From positions 8,945 through 72,944 of the forward strand of contig JAAYBL010000144.1 of the NCBI GenBank assembly GCA_012718945.1: a stretch of 64,000 bases of DNA, read 5' to 3'. Each line of letters opens with the position of its first letter. The first letter of the stretch is position 1. The position numbers were made by a program, and so were the translations under genes. Below are positions 38,924-47,491 of this stretch, one piece after another. The DNA is from Bacteroidales bacterium. GTDB taxonomy: Bacteria > Bacteroidota > Bacteroidia > Bacteroidales > UBA1402. A model generated the notes under the pieces. It saw only the letters and a list, made by a program, of their open reading frames with translations, did not search any database and was not told the DNA's origin.

Positions 38924-41167
38924 TCAGGGCTGGGCGTCAAACCGCCATTTCAGGGTGAGGCCAGCTTGCAGAGGTTTGCCTTTTTGCAGGAAGGCGTGCC
39001 CCATGGAGACAAAGTAAAACGTATTGTAATCGGCATTTGTCAAGTTTTTACCCCAAAGCTGAAGGGTGAGGCGTTGGCGGGTCATTGAGACAGAAGCGTC
39101 CAGCAATCCGTAAAAATCTTGTTTCACGTCGTTTTCTTCCGTCCACCAAATAGGACCACAGCCTCCATAGCCCAGGTGAAGGTTCACTCCATCGAGCCAG
39201 CCGGTCATCACAGGGAGGGATTGATCGACAGCGAGATGCAGGGTATTCTGGGGTGCGAACGGAATGCGTTGACCAGCGTAATCGGTGAGACCATTGTTGT
39301 AGCGTACAAAACGCGCGTCGGTATGTCCATACGAAAGGCGCCAGGTACGCAGATCGTGGGTATAGGCTGTTTCCAGTTCTGCGCCCAGGCTACGTGTACG
39401 ACCGGCATTTGTCATCATGCGTCCCGTGTTCTGACCGTCAGGAAACACCGTCAACTGCTGGTCAGTGCAATCAATGTAAAAAGTGGTGGCTGTCAGGCTC
39501 CATCCCTTGAGGGGCTTAGCCTCAACCTTCAGTTCATAGTTCCAGCTGTGTTCAGGCTTGTAGGTCACGACATCAGCCACGTCATACGAAGCCCCCACCC
39601 CATCAACATACACGCCCAAATCGCTCATCAGGTCGCCGGTCAATTCATTTTTCAGAATATCTGAAAACAGTTGGGTATTAAAACCTCCGGCCTTGAAACC
39701 CTTGGATATCGATGCTGACACATGCAGACTGGGAGAAGGAAACCAGGTGGCCGCCAAACTGGGCAACCATTCCAAAAACGCCAGCGTTTCGTTACCATCC
39801 ATCGCTGTTTCCAAACGCTTATAGTTGGGCATGGTCATGGTAAACCGGTAATGCAAGGCCGAGGCATTGGCATACTGCAAGTGAGCCAACTCCATATCCA
39901 GCCTCATCCCAGCCGTAAAAACCCAATCACCTCGCTTGAAGGTGCTTTGATGATACAATGCGGCACCAAGAGAGGGTTGGATAAAATCACTGGCCAAAAC
40001 AAACGAGGAATCACTGATCTGAATTTCGGCCCCAGGCATCGATTGCTGAAGTCCTCTGTTGGCATTGGCGAGTATCAATTGCTCTATGCCATAGCGCTTG
40101 AATGTAACAGGTGCCGTGGTGGTCAGGTGTCGTAGAAACAAGTTAAGCCCGGTCAATTTTTCCCACTGACTGCGTCGACCAGACACCAGCGTGATATCTT
40201 CGTTCAGCAGGTGGTCTTGCTGTCCCTGCAGGATAGTGAAATAATCAAACGCGGTGAAATCCTGATCAAGGCGCATCCGGTCTGACGTAAATTGATACGT
40301 CGTGGCACTGGTCAAACGGTGATCATCCAGTTGCCAGGCCGCCGTAAAACCCTCGTTGAGGGCCAGACGTCGGTAATTGGCCACCTCATTGTAGCGGATG
40401 GGGGCCAATTGACTGTTGTCCCATTGACGATAGGGGTAGCCTGTCTGATCCAACCAACTGAAGGAGAAATTGTTGACCCATTCCTTTTTTGCCTCAACCC
40501 GCTCCAGTCTGAAGCGCCCCCCTCCTTCTACGTAAGCATCGCACGAACGGTTATCATAGGTGTTGGTAAACAGTCCATCAGAACGACCGCCGTAACCGGA
40601 GACCGACAAATAATGCAATGCGTCAAGTTGACTATAATGAGATACCTGCGCATCGAGGGTCTGCGCGTTGGCATAGCCCAACCTCACTCTGGTGCCCTGG
40701 TAATTTCTGGGAGACAGGGTTTGCAGGCTGATGACCCCACCCATGGTGTTGCGCCCGAACAAGGTACTTTGAGGTCCTCTTAGCACAGTGATACCCACCA
40801 GGTCGCCCACCCTGCCATCAAATACGTTCTTGTTGAACACCGGTAATCCATCGACCAACAGACCCAATACCGGCTGGTCCATCCGCGCGCCCAAGCCTCT
40901 GACATACGTGGCGGACGTCATTCTTGATCCATAATCAGGCAGGTAAAGATTGGGAACCATCACACTCACATCTTTAAGCACGTTGAGTTGTTCATTAAAC
41001 AACCGGGTAGCCTGAAACGTTGTTTTTGCCACTTGCGAGGGGCCTGATGATAGTTTGCCCGATACCTCCACGGCATCCAATAGCACGGTGGTGTCGGCCA
41101 TCGCCGCTTTAACACTGGTGAAGGCCGTGCACGCTAATGCCACAAAAAAAACTATCGTCCTTTTCAT
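38924..41167 (-). CDS. TonB-dependent receptor (non-SusC type)
   Basis: Signal peptide present. TonB-box-like segment DTTVLLDAVEVSG. Plug motifs (IRGLG-like VRGLGARM, LVDGLPV, GGVISL). Long beta-barrel. I start the gene at ATG 41167, because the track start at 41179 is a TTG inside the -7 box. Confidence 0.9.
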   Translation of the reverse strand: MKRTIVFFVALACTAFTSVKAAMADTTVLLDAVEVSGKLSSGPSQVAKTTFQATRLFNEQLNVLKDVSVMVPNLYLPDYGSRMTSATYVRGLGARMDQPVLGLLVDGLPVFNKNVFDGRVGDLVGITVLRGPQSTLFGRNTMGGVISLQTLSPRNYQGTRVRLGYANAQTLDAQVSHYSQLDALHYLSVSGYGGRSDGLFTNTYDNRSCDAYVEGGGRFRLERVEAKKEWVNNFSFSWLDQTGYPYRQWDNSQLAPIRYNEVANYRRLALNEGFTAAWQLDDHRLTSATTYQFTSDRMRLDQDFTAFDYFTILQGQQDHLLNEDITLVSGRRSQWEKLTGLNLFLRHLTTTAPVTFKRYGIEQLILANANRGLQQSMPGAEIQISDSSFVLASDFIQPSLGAALYHQSTFKRGDWVFTAGMRLDMELAHLQYANASALHYRFTMTMPNYKRLETAMDGNETLAFLEWLPSLAATWFPSPSLHVSASISKGFKAGGFNTQLFSDILKNELTGDLMSDLGVYVDGVGASYDVADVVTYKPEHSWNYELKVEAKPLKGWSLTATTFYIDCTDQQLTVFPDGQNTGRMMTNAGRTRSLGAELETAYTHDLRTWRLSYGHTDARFVRYNNGLTDYAGQRIPFAPQNTLHLAVDQSLPVMTGWLDGVNLHLGYGGCGPIWWTEENDVKQDFYGLLDASVSMTRQRLTLQLWGKNLTNADYNTFYFVSMGHAFLQKGKPLQAGLTLKWRFDAQP

Positions 41168-41176
41168 AATCGGGTG

Positions 41177-41184
41177 CAAAGGTA
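41177..41184 (-). promoter_or_regulatory. Putative -7 box TACCTTTG for the TonB-dependent receptor operon
   Basis: The reverse complement of caaaggta matches TAnnTTTG. It lies 10 nt upstream of ATG 41167. Confidence 0.4.
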
Positions 41185-41248
41185 ACTAGCTGTCATTAGG
41201 GTATCAACTACCATTTGTGAGGGTTTTTTCGGACCCGATTATTTAACG

Positions 41249-41256
41249 TATCTTTG
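41249..41256 (+). promoter_or_regulatory. Putative -7 box TATCTTTG for the LuxR-type regulator
   Basis: tatctttg matches TAnnTTTG and lies 7 nt upstream of ATG 41263. The track start at 41254 is the TTG of this box. Confidence 0.4.
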
Positions 41257-41262
41257 CCAATC

Positions 41263-41859
41263 ATGGTAGCCCAACCCTCCAAGCCCCGAATCATCATCGT
41301 CGATGGCAACATTCTGTCCGCCATCGGATTAAAAGGCATGTTGGAAACTGTTGCTCCCGGAATATCTGTTGTAATCTGCCAAAACCTGGAAGTGCTGCAG
41401 GTCTTGCCCCCAGGACATACCGTCCACTATTTCGTGGCTAGCAGCCAACTATTTGCCTGTTATGAATACTTTCTGCCATTGGCAGACAAGGTCATCGCTT
41501 TGATTCAAGGAAACGCCGTCAGCCTTCATGGGTTCAGAACCCTGGATGTCACATCGACCGAATCCTCCTTTCTCAAACACCTCCTGGCCGTCCACAATCA
41601 GGGCCATGGCGAACAAGGTCACCGCCACCCGGACCGCGTCTGCCCGGATACCGAGCTCACGCGACGGGAAAAGGACGTGTTGCGAAAAGCCGTACTGGGA
41701 TTTCAAAACAAGGAAATGGCCGATCAATTTCATGTAGAGGTGACCACCATCGTCTTTCACCGTAAGAACATAGCCAAGAAGCTAGGCTCCAAGTCTTTGT
41801 CGAGTTGGACCATCCATGCTGTGGTCAACGGACTGGTGCAGATAGAAGAAATAGCCTGA
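41263..41859 (+). CDS. LuxR/FixJ-type HTH regulator with a degenerate (pseudo-)receiver domain
   Basis: C-terminal LuxR HTH LTRREKDVLRKAVLGFQNKEMADQFHVEVTTIVFHRKNIAKKLG. The N-terminal receiver-like fold starts RIIIVDGN (not DD). I see no Asp at the expected phospho-acceptor position (HTVHYFVASSQ). Confidence 0.75.
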   Translation: MVAQPSKPRIIIVDGNILSAIGLKGMLETVAPGISVVICQNLEVLQVLPPGHTVHYFVASSQLFACYEYFLPLADKVIALIQGNAVSLHGFRTLDVTSTESSFLKHLLAVHNQGHGEQGHRHPDRVCPDTELTRREKDVLRKAVLGFQNKEMADQFHVEVTTIVFHRKNIAKKLGSKSLSSWTIHAVVNGLVQIEEIA

Positions 41860-41860
41860 T

Positions 41861-42862
41861 TTATTTACGGCTGCTGTACTTGTCAAGTACCACGGCACCT
41901 ATGATAACGAAGCCCTTGATGACCTGTTGCCAAAAGGGTGATACATCCAGGAGCACCAGGCCATTGTTGAGCACGCCGATAATCAAGGCCCCCACCACCG
42001 TACCGGCAATTGAGCCCTTACCCCCACTCATGGAAGTACCCCCGATGACGACAGCGGCAATGGCATCCAATTCATACCCACTTCCGGCGTTGGGCTGAGC
42101 CGAATCAAGGCGGGCTGTCACCAGCAAACCAGCCACAGCTGCCAACACCCCAGCCAACGTATAGACCAGCAAGAGCACTTTATTGACATTGATACCCGAC
42201 AAGAGGCTGGCTTTTTCGTTGCCCCCAATGGCATACATGTAACGCCCTGTCCTGGTCTTCTTCATGTAAAAAGCAAAGAATACCACCACCAGACCGGCCA
42301 CCCACACCGGCATTGGCACGCCCAGCAACCAACCCGTACCCAGATAAGCGAAGCCTTTACCCAAACCGGTCAAAGGAAATCCATTGGTGTACAGCATGGT
42401 CAAACCTCTGGCTATGGTCAACATACCCAAGGTGGCCACAAACGGCGGCAACTTGAAACGGGTAATCATCCAGCCATTGAACGCGCCCAACAATCCACCG
42501 ACCAGTAGGGCTGCCAGGATAGCTCCCCAAAACGTGAAACCGACGTATACGCCCATTCCTTCCAGCACCAGACCGTCTTTCATCAACCCAGCCGCCACAG
42601 CTCCACTCAATGCCAGCACAGAGCCAACAGAGAGGTCAATACCGCCTGTGAGGATAACCAGGGTCATCCCTACTGAGATGCAGAGATTGACGGATACCTG
42701 GCGCATGACATTAAAGAAATTGTCGGTTGTGGCAAAGTTGTCCGACAGAAACGTCATGGCCACCATCATGATCAACAACGCCAACAGGGGTTTGATGATG
42801 GGTTGTCCAACGGTTTTTTTCAGGATAAGTGTATTCATGGTTAGTTGATTATCGTGGGACAT
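41861..42862 (-). CDS. Sugar ABC transporter permease (CUT2/RbsC-like)
   Basis: 333-aa multi-pass membrane protein with typical RbsC-family segments (GGIDLSVGS, TLGMLTIARG, IGGTSMSGGKGS). Confidence 0.9.
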   Translation of the reverse strand: MSHDNQLTMNTLILKKTVGQPIIKPLLALLIMMVAMTFLSDNFATTDNFFNVMRQVSVNLCISVGMTLVILTGGIDLSVGSVLALSGAVAAGLMKDGLVLEGMGVYVGFTFWGAILAALLVGGLLGAFNGWMITRFKLPPFVATLGMLTIARGLTMLYTNGFPLTGLGKGFAYLGTGWLLGVPMPVWVAGLVVVFFAFYMKKTRTGRYMYAIGGNEKASLLSGINVNKVLLLVYTLAGVLAAVAGLLVTARLDSAQPNAGSGYELDAIAAVVIGGTSMSGGKGSIAGTVVGALIIGVLNNGLVLLDVSPFWQQVIKGFVIIGAVVLDKYSSRK

Positions 42863-44387
42863 CTCCCTCCTTGCAACCCGGCAAAGCGGCTTTCAGGATG
42901 GCTTCTTCTGAAAAAGCGTCTTTATCGAACGTGGCTGTCAGTCGACCTTCGCAAAGGGTCAGGATACGGTCGGAAATGGCCATGATCTCGGGCAGTTCGC
43001 TGGATACCACAATGATGGCCATCCCTTCACCGGCCAGTTTATCCATCAATGCATAAATGTCGTTTTTGGCACTGATGTCGATGCCCCGGGTGGGCTCATC
43101 CAGCAATAATATACGGGGATGGGTAAGCAACCACTTGGAAAGCACCACTTTCTGCTGGTTACCCCCACTAAGCTGGCCAGCCTGCTGACAGCAAGAATGC
43201 GATTTGATGTGAAGGCTATTCCTGTACGACTCGGCTTCTTTATGTTCCTTGCGTTGGCTCAACAGTCCATAGGTGAGAAATTGCCACAGGGAAGCCAGAC
43301 TGGTGTTTTGTTCCAACGTCATGCCTAGCACCAGGCCGTCCCGCTTCCTATCTTCAGGGATCAATGCCAACCCGTGATGGATGGCTTCTTTTGGCGTCCT
43401 GATGGCAACAGGCTGTCCATCAATACTAATCGCACCCTTCACTCGTTTTCCGTGAACGCCGAAAAGCGCTTCCAACAATTCTGTCCGTCCAGCCCCCATG
43501 AGACCATAGATACCCAACACCTCCGATGAAGAAACGGAAAATGATATATCCTGCAGGATAAACTGTCCGGGATGAGCCGCATCTTCCAGGCTAAGTCCCT
43601 CTACCGACAATCGTTCGGGTCCTATGGCGTGTTGGGTCTTGACAAAAAAATCCTTGGTGTCCCTACCTACCATGTACCTGACCAGGTCGGCCAGACAGAG
43701 GCTGTCGGCTGTGCCTTCATGCACAAAACGACCGTCCCTGAATACAGTGACATAATCGGCCAACAAACGGATTTCATCCATCTTGTGGGTGATATAGACA
43801 ATTCCTCTACCCTCTGCTTTAAGGCTGCATATCAGGTCGAACAACAACTCTACTTCCTTTTCAGATAGCGAGGAGGTAGGTTCGTCCATAATGAGGACCT
43901 GAGCGTTTTTGGATAAAGCCTTGGCTATCTCCACGAGCTGCTGCTGCCCCACCCTAAGGTCGGCCACCAGTGAATCGGGGCTGGCATCAAACTGTAAGCG
44001 GTCAAGCAGTCCCTTGGCGTTGGCCTTCATCGTCGGGTAATCGATCAAACCAGTCGCATTGAGAGGTTCCCTGCCCAGGAAAATATTTTCGGCGACTGTC
44101 ATGTGTGGAACCAGATTGAGCTCCTGGTGTATCATGGCAATACCTGCCTGTTGAGCCTCGGCCACCTGAGCGAATCGCACCGGTTGGCCCTGTCTTTTCA
44201 ACGTGCCCTCATAATCGGCATACACCCCGGAAAGGATGTTCATCAAGGTAGACTTGCCGGCACCATTCTCTCCCACCAAGGCGTTGACAGCCCCGGCTCT
44301 AACCTTGAAATCGACCCCGTCGAGGGCCAACACGCCGGGAAAGCGTTTGGTCACGGCAACGGCTTCAAGCAACAGGGTTTCTGACAT
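42849..44387 (-). CDS. Sugar ABC transporter ATP-binding protein (CUT2/RbsA-like, duplicated ABC domains)
   Basis: Walker A GENGAGKST, signature-like LRVGQQQLVEIA, second signature LSGGNQQKV, Walker B LLLDEPTRGID. I start the gene at ATG 44387 (MSETLLLEAV...). It overlaps the permease gene by 14 nt. Confidence 0.9.
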   Translation of the reverse strand: MSETLLLEAVAVTKRFPGVLALDGVDFKVRAGAVNALVGENGAGKSTLMNILSGVYADYEGTLKRQGQPVRFAQVAEAQQAGIAMIHQELNLVPHMTVAENIFLGREPLNATGLIDYPTMKANAKGLLDRLQFDASPDSLVADLRVGQQQLVEIAKALSKNAQVLIMDEPTSSLSEKEVELLFDLICSLKAEGRGIVYITHKMDEIRLLADYVTVFRDGRFVHEGTADSLCLADLVRYMVGRDTKDFFVKTQHAIGPERLSVEGLSLEDAAHPGQFILQDISFSVSSSEVLGIYGLMGAGRTELLEALFGVHGKRVKGAISIDGQPVAIRTPKEAIHHGLALIPEDRKRDGLVLGMTLEQNTSLASLWQFLTYGLLSQRKEHKEAESYRNSLHIKSHSCCQQAGQLSGGNQQKVVLSKWLLTHPRILLLDEPTRGIDISAKNDIYALMDKLAGEGMAIIVVSSELPEIMAISDRILTLCEGRLTATFDKDAFSEEAILKAALPGCKEGDVPR

Positions 44388-44406
44388 GAGCAAGGGGGCT
44401 AATGAG

Positions 44407-45057
44407 TTACTGGGGGGACGTGGAGTCGGCTGTTTTGACCAGACTGAAGGGGACAATATCGAGTGTTGCGGACAGGGATTGACCTGGATCAAGCGCCACA
44501 GCGCCCACCCAAACCAGGCGATCGCCCACGCAAAGGCAGTCCAGCAATGGTTGTACCACCTTTTCTAGCAGTCGCTTGTTTAAACTGGCTGAAGCAGCGT
44601 TGTAATCCATGGTGTTGGCAAAATCGTTGGCTTGAAACCAACCCGTTGAAGCGACTGCCGTGTTGCCGAAAAGATGCTTCACAGGCAATCGACCTTGTCG
44701 GTTATCGGGTAAGGCCAGCACGATGAATTGGTCGGTCAATCCTGTAATCGTGGATGTTCCCTTGAGCAGATAGTGTACCTTACCCCCAATGTCGGTCACA
44801 AGGCCATCTTCTGGTGTCAAGGCGGCTATCTGTTCGATGGGCAAGGCTTTATCGAGCGTCTGGTTCAGGTCTTTGTCCCAATGGTATGTCACCAGCTGTT
44901 CAGGGCTAAAGGTTTCCAACAAAAGGGCTTCCCTGTGTTTATCCAAGGGTTCGATATAGAAGGCCAACCGCAGCGCAATCAAGCCTACGATAACCAATAG
45001 GAGGATTTTCAGGGGGCGTTTCCAGGCCATACGAATAAGGTGTTGATACGCAATCAT
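44407..45057 (-). CDS. Membrane-anchored accessory protein, DUF2291-like (assignment from gene context and size, not verified)
   Basis: About 207-216 aa with a single N-terminal TM helix (ILLLVIVGLIALRLAF). It sits between the binding-protein gene and the ATPase gene, which is where DUF2291 genes occur in CUT2 loci. Confidence 0.45.
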   Translation of the reverse strand: MIAYQHLIRMAWKRPLKILLLVIVGLIALRLAFYIEPLDKHREALLLETFSPEQLVTYHWDKDLNQTLDKALPIEQIAALTPEDGLVTDIGGKVHYLLKGTSTITGLTDQFIVLALPDNRQGRLPVKHLFGNTAVASTGWFQANDFANTMDYNAASASLNKRLLEKVVQPLLDCLCVGDRLVWVGAVALDPGQSLSATLDIVPFSLVKTADSTSPQ

Positions 45058-45070
45058 GCGCAGGGGTTAC

Positions 45071-46024
45071 TCAGTGAGTTTCCTTTTTTCCGTACGATCC
45101 GTAAGCATCCACGTTTTCGGCAGTCACCAGGTCGACAGCCACCGGCATTTTCTGCTGAAAATCACGTTGACCTTTCAGGTACTTATCAGCCAGCATGGCG
45201 GCGGTGTTGGCCATGGTTTTGGGAAATTGCATACCGGTAGCCTTGATCTTGCCTTCCTTGATGGCCTGAATCACATCGTCAGCACCGTCAAATCCATAAA
45301 TCTGTACATCGGCAGCTTTACCGGCAGCCAATACAGCCTGGTAAGCGCCCATGGCCATGGCGTCGTTGCCACAGAAGATGGCATTGACTGTTGGATGAGC
45401 CTGCAACATGGATTCGGTCACTTCCATAGCCTTGTTCCGGTCGAAATCGGCGCTTTGCTGAGCCAGCATCGTAATGTCAGGGTATTGATCAACCACACTG
45501 TGAAAGCCCTTGGACCGGTTCCAGGTGTTGTTGTCACCCACCAGGCCCAACAATTCGACGTACGTACCCTTCCCATTTAAATTGGCCACAAACGCTTGCC
45601 CGAGGGCTACGCAACCCGAATAATTATCGGAAAGAATCTGGACTGTGGCACATTCTGTGTCGTTTATTTCCCTGTCCATACAGAAAACCGGGACACCGGC
45701 AGCCTTGGCCGCCCGCACATTGACGATGGAGCCATTGGCATCGGTGGGATTAAACAAAATGGCTTTGTAGTCGGAAGCCAGGATGTTATCAAAATGCTCC
45801 GTCTCTTTGGAGGGATTGTTCTGTGAATCAAAAAGCACGGCCTCATAGCCCAATTCCCTGGCTTTTTCAATGGCTGTCTCGCCCAACACGACAAACCAGG
45901 GATTGTTGAGGGTGGATATTACCACAGCGACCTTGTCTTTCGCTTGTTTTTTACTCGTGGTACAGCCAACAAGGACTAACAAACCAAAAGCCAACAGCAG
46001 GCTGTCTCTCAAAAAATGTTGCAT
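45071..46024 (-). CDS. Sugar ABC transporter substrate-binding lipoprotein (RbsB-like, periplasmic-binding-protein type I)
   Basis: Lipobox LVLVGC. The PBP-I fold is recognisable ([35 protein letters not shown]). Confidence 0.85.
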   Translation of the reverse strand: MQHFLRDSLLLAFGLLVLVGCTTSKKQAKDKVAVVISTLNNPWFVVLGETAIEKARELGYEAVLFDSQNNPSKETEHFDNILASDYKAILFNPTDANGSIVNVRAAKAAGVPVFCMDREINDTECATVQILSDNYSGCVALGQAFVANLNGKGTYVELLGLVGDNNTWNRSKGFHSVVDQYPDITMLAQQSADFDRNKAMEVTESMLQAHPTVNAIFCGNDAMAMGAYQAVLAAGKAADVQIYGFDGADDVIQAIKEGKIKATGMQFPKTMANTAAMLADKYLKGQRDFQQKMPVAVDLVTAENVDAYGSYGKKETH

Positions 46025-46036
46025 GGTCGTCGGTAT

Positions 46037-47455
46037 TTAATGGTGAACGTACATTTCCCATCCCAGATAACTGCTCACTGCCTCTTCAATAATGGCGGAA
46101 ACACTGCCTCTCGTCATGGCGACATGGTGCTCGAAGCCGTTCTTGCACATGTATTTGAGGAGCTTTTGCAGGTTGTCAACCTCCGTAACGGCGATGCAAC
46201 CATCCATACCGTAAGGATCGTTGGTGAAACGACCTTCACCCAAATAAGACTTGATCAGGCCAAAGTTGTCGTCGGTGGAGATGCGGAAGAAGGTGAAAGG
46301 CCCTTGGGTGACTTTCCCTTTCACGGCGCCAAAGGTGTTGGTACTGCCAAGCACGCTACCCAATACGCCCAAGGTACCGAGTTCCAATTCATTTTGCACA
46401 AAACTTTTCGGGAAATTGCCACAATGGGTGCACACACATTTGTTCCTATCTTCGGCAAAGTTGTTGTTCCAGTCCAGCAAGGCAGGAGGCGTGCCTGATG
46501 CCAGCATGAGGGTGTACATGGAAACGGCACCGGCAATGTCCACTTCACAGGCACTGGGTTTAAGCTGTTCGCCCATCATGCTCATGCTCACGCAAGCAGC
46601 GCAACCATAATTTTTTTCCAGGGAATCCCAACATTGGACGGCTGTAGCATCGATCTCGTTTTCGGCCACCCAATCATCAACGGCAAGACCGAAAGCGGCT
46701 TGCAGGGCCAACTTGTCTGCATAGGCTGCAGGCACTTTTGCGTAGGCTCTGATGGCATCAAGGCGTTCCTTAAGCCTTGGCGAAGTTTTATCCAATTTAC
46801 CAGCGGCGCCCAGGATTTCAGACAGGTCGACAGGAACCACCGTAATACCGGTGGCTTGCAGGATTTTCTCACTGGCCCTGCAGGTCTGGAAACCGGCCGG
46901 CCTGGCACCGATGGCACCAATGCGAGCCTTGCGCAATCCATTCACCACCCTACATACGGCGGCAAAATAATCCAAATCCTGCTTGAGCGTATCACTGTGG
47001 ATGGAATAGGTGTGAAACGTCGTGTCCGTGAACGGAATGTTGTACTGATACAGGTTGTTGCAGACAGACAGTTTGCCGCAGAAGGCGTCTCTGCGTTTAT
47101 CCAGGGTCACTTTGTCGTTTTCATCGTCACAGGCTTGTACCAGCACCGGCACGTTCAACTCAGACAGGCTGATGGCGTTGATGATACCAATCTCGAATCC
47201 GAAATTGGGTAAAGAGACGATGATGCCGTCTATCTGGTCTTTGTGAGCCCTGAACAAGGCGGCGCATTTTTTTGCATCCTCCCTGGTTTCGATGGAACCG
47301 GTGGGTGTTTCTGCCGGATCAAGGACAACATACTGGTAACCTTTGTCTGTCAAGGTCTTCAGTAAAGTAGCCCTGACATCCTCAGCTAAGGCAGAGTTGA
47401 AGTAATTGCGGGTACCAATGATGATACCGAAGGTCAAGGTGTGTTTGTAAGGCAT
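46037..47455 (-). CDS. L-fucose/L-arabinose isomerase family protein (substrate unknown)
   Basis: 472 aa. The N-terminal Rossmann-like FucI-type domain (FGIIIGTRNYF...IIVSLPNFG) and the C-terminal domain resemble the short FucI-like family. Recognition by eye only. Confidence 0.7.
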   Translation of the reverse strand: MPYKHTLTFGIIIGTRNYFNSALAEDVRATLLKTLTDKGYQYVVLDPAETPTGSIETREDAKKCAALFRAHKDQIDGIIVSLPNFGFEIGIINAISLSELNVPVLVQACDDENDKVTLDKRRDAFCGKLSVCNNLYQYNIPFTDTTFHTYSIHSDTLKQDLDYFAAVCRVVNGLRKARIGAIGARPAGFQTCRASEKILQATGITVVPVDLSEILGAAGKLDKTSPRLKERLDAIRAYAKVPAAYADKLALQAAFGLAVDDWVAENEIDATAVQCWDSLEKNYGCAACVSMSMMGEQLKPSACEVDIAGAVSMYTLMLASGTPPALLDWNNNFAEDRNKCVCTHCGNFPKSFVQNELELGTLGVLGSVLGSTNTFGAVKGKVTQGPFTFFRISTDDNFGLIKSYLGEGRFTNDPYGMDGCIAVTEVDNLQKLLKYMCKNGFEHHVAMTRGSVSAIIEEAVSSYLGWEMYVHH

Positions 47456-47491
47456 GGTATTAGATGTTAATGTGTGTTCTTCCGTGGGTGG

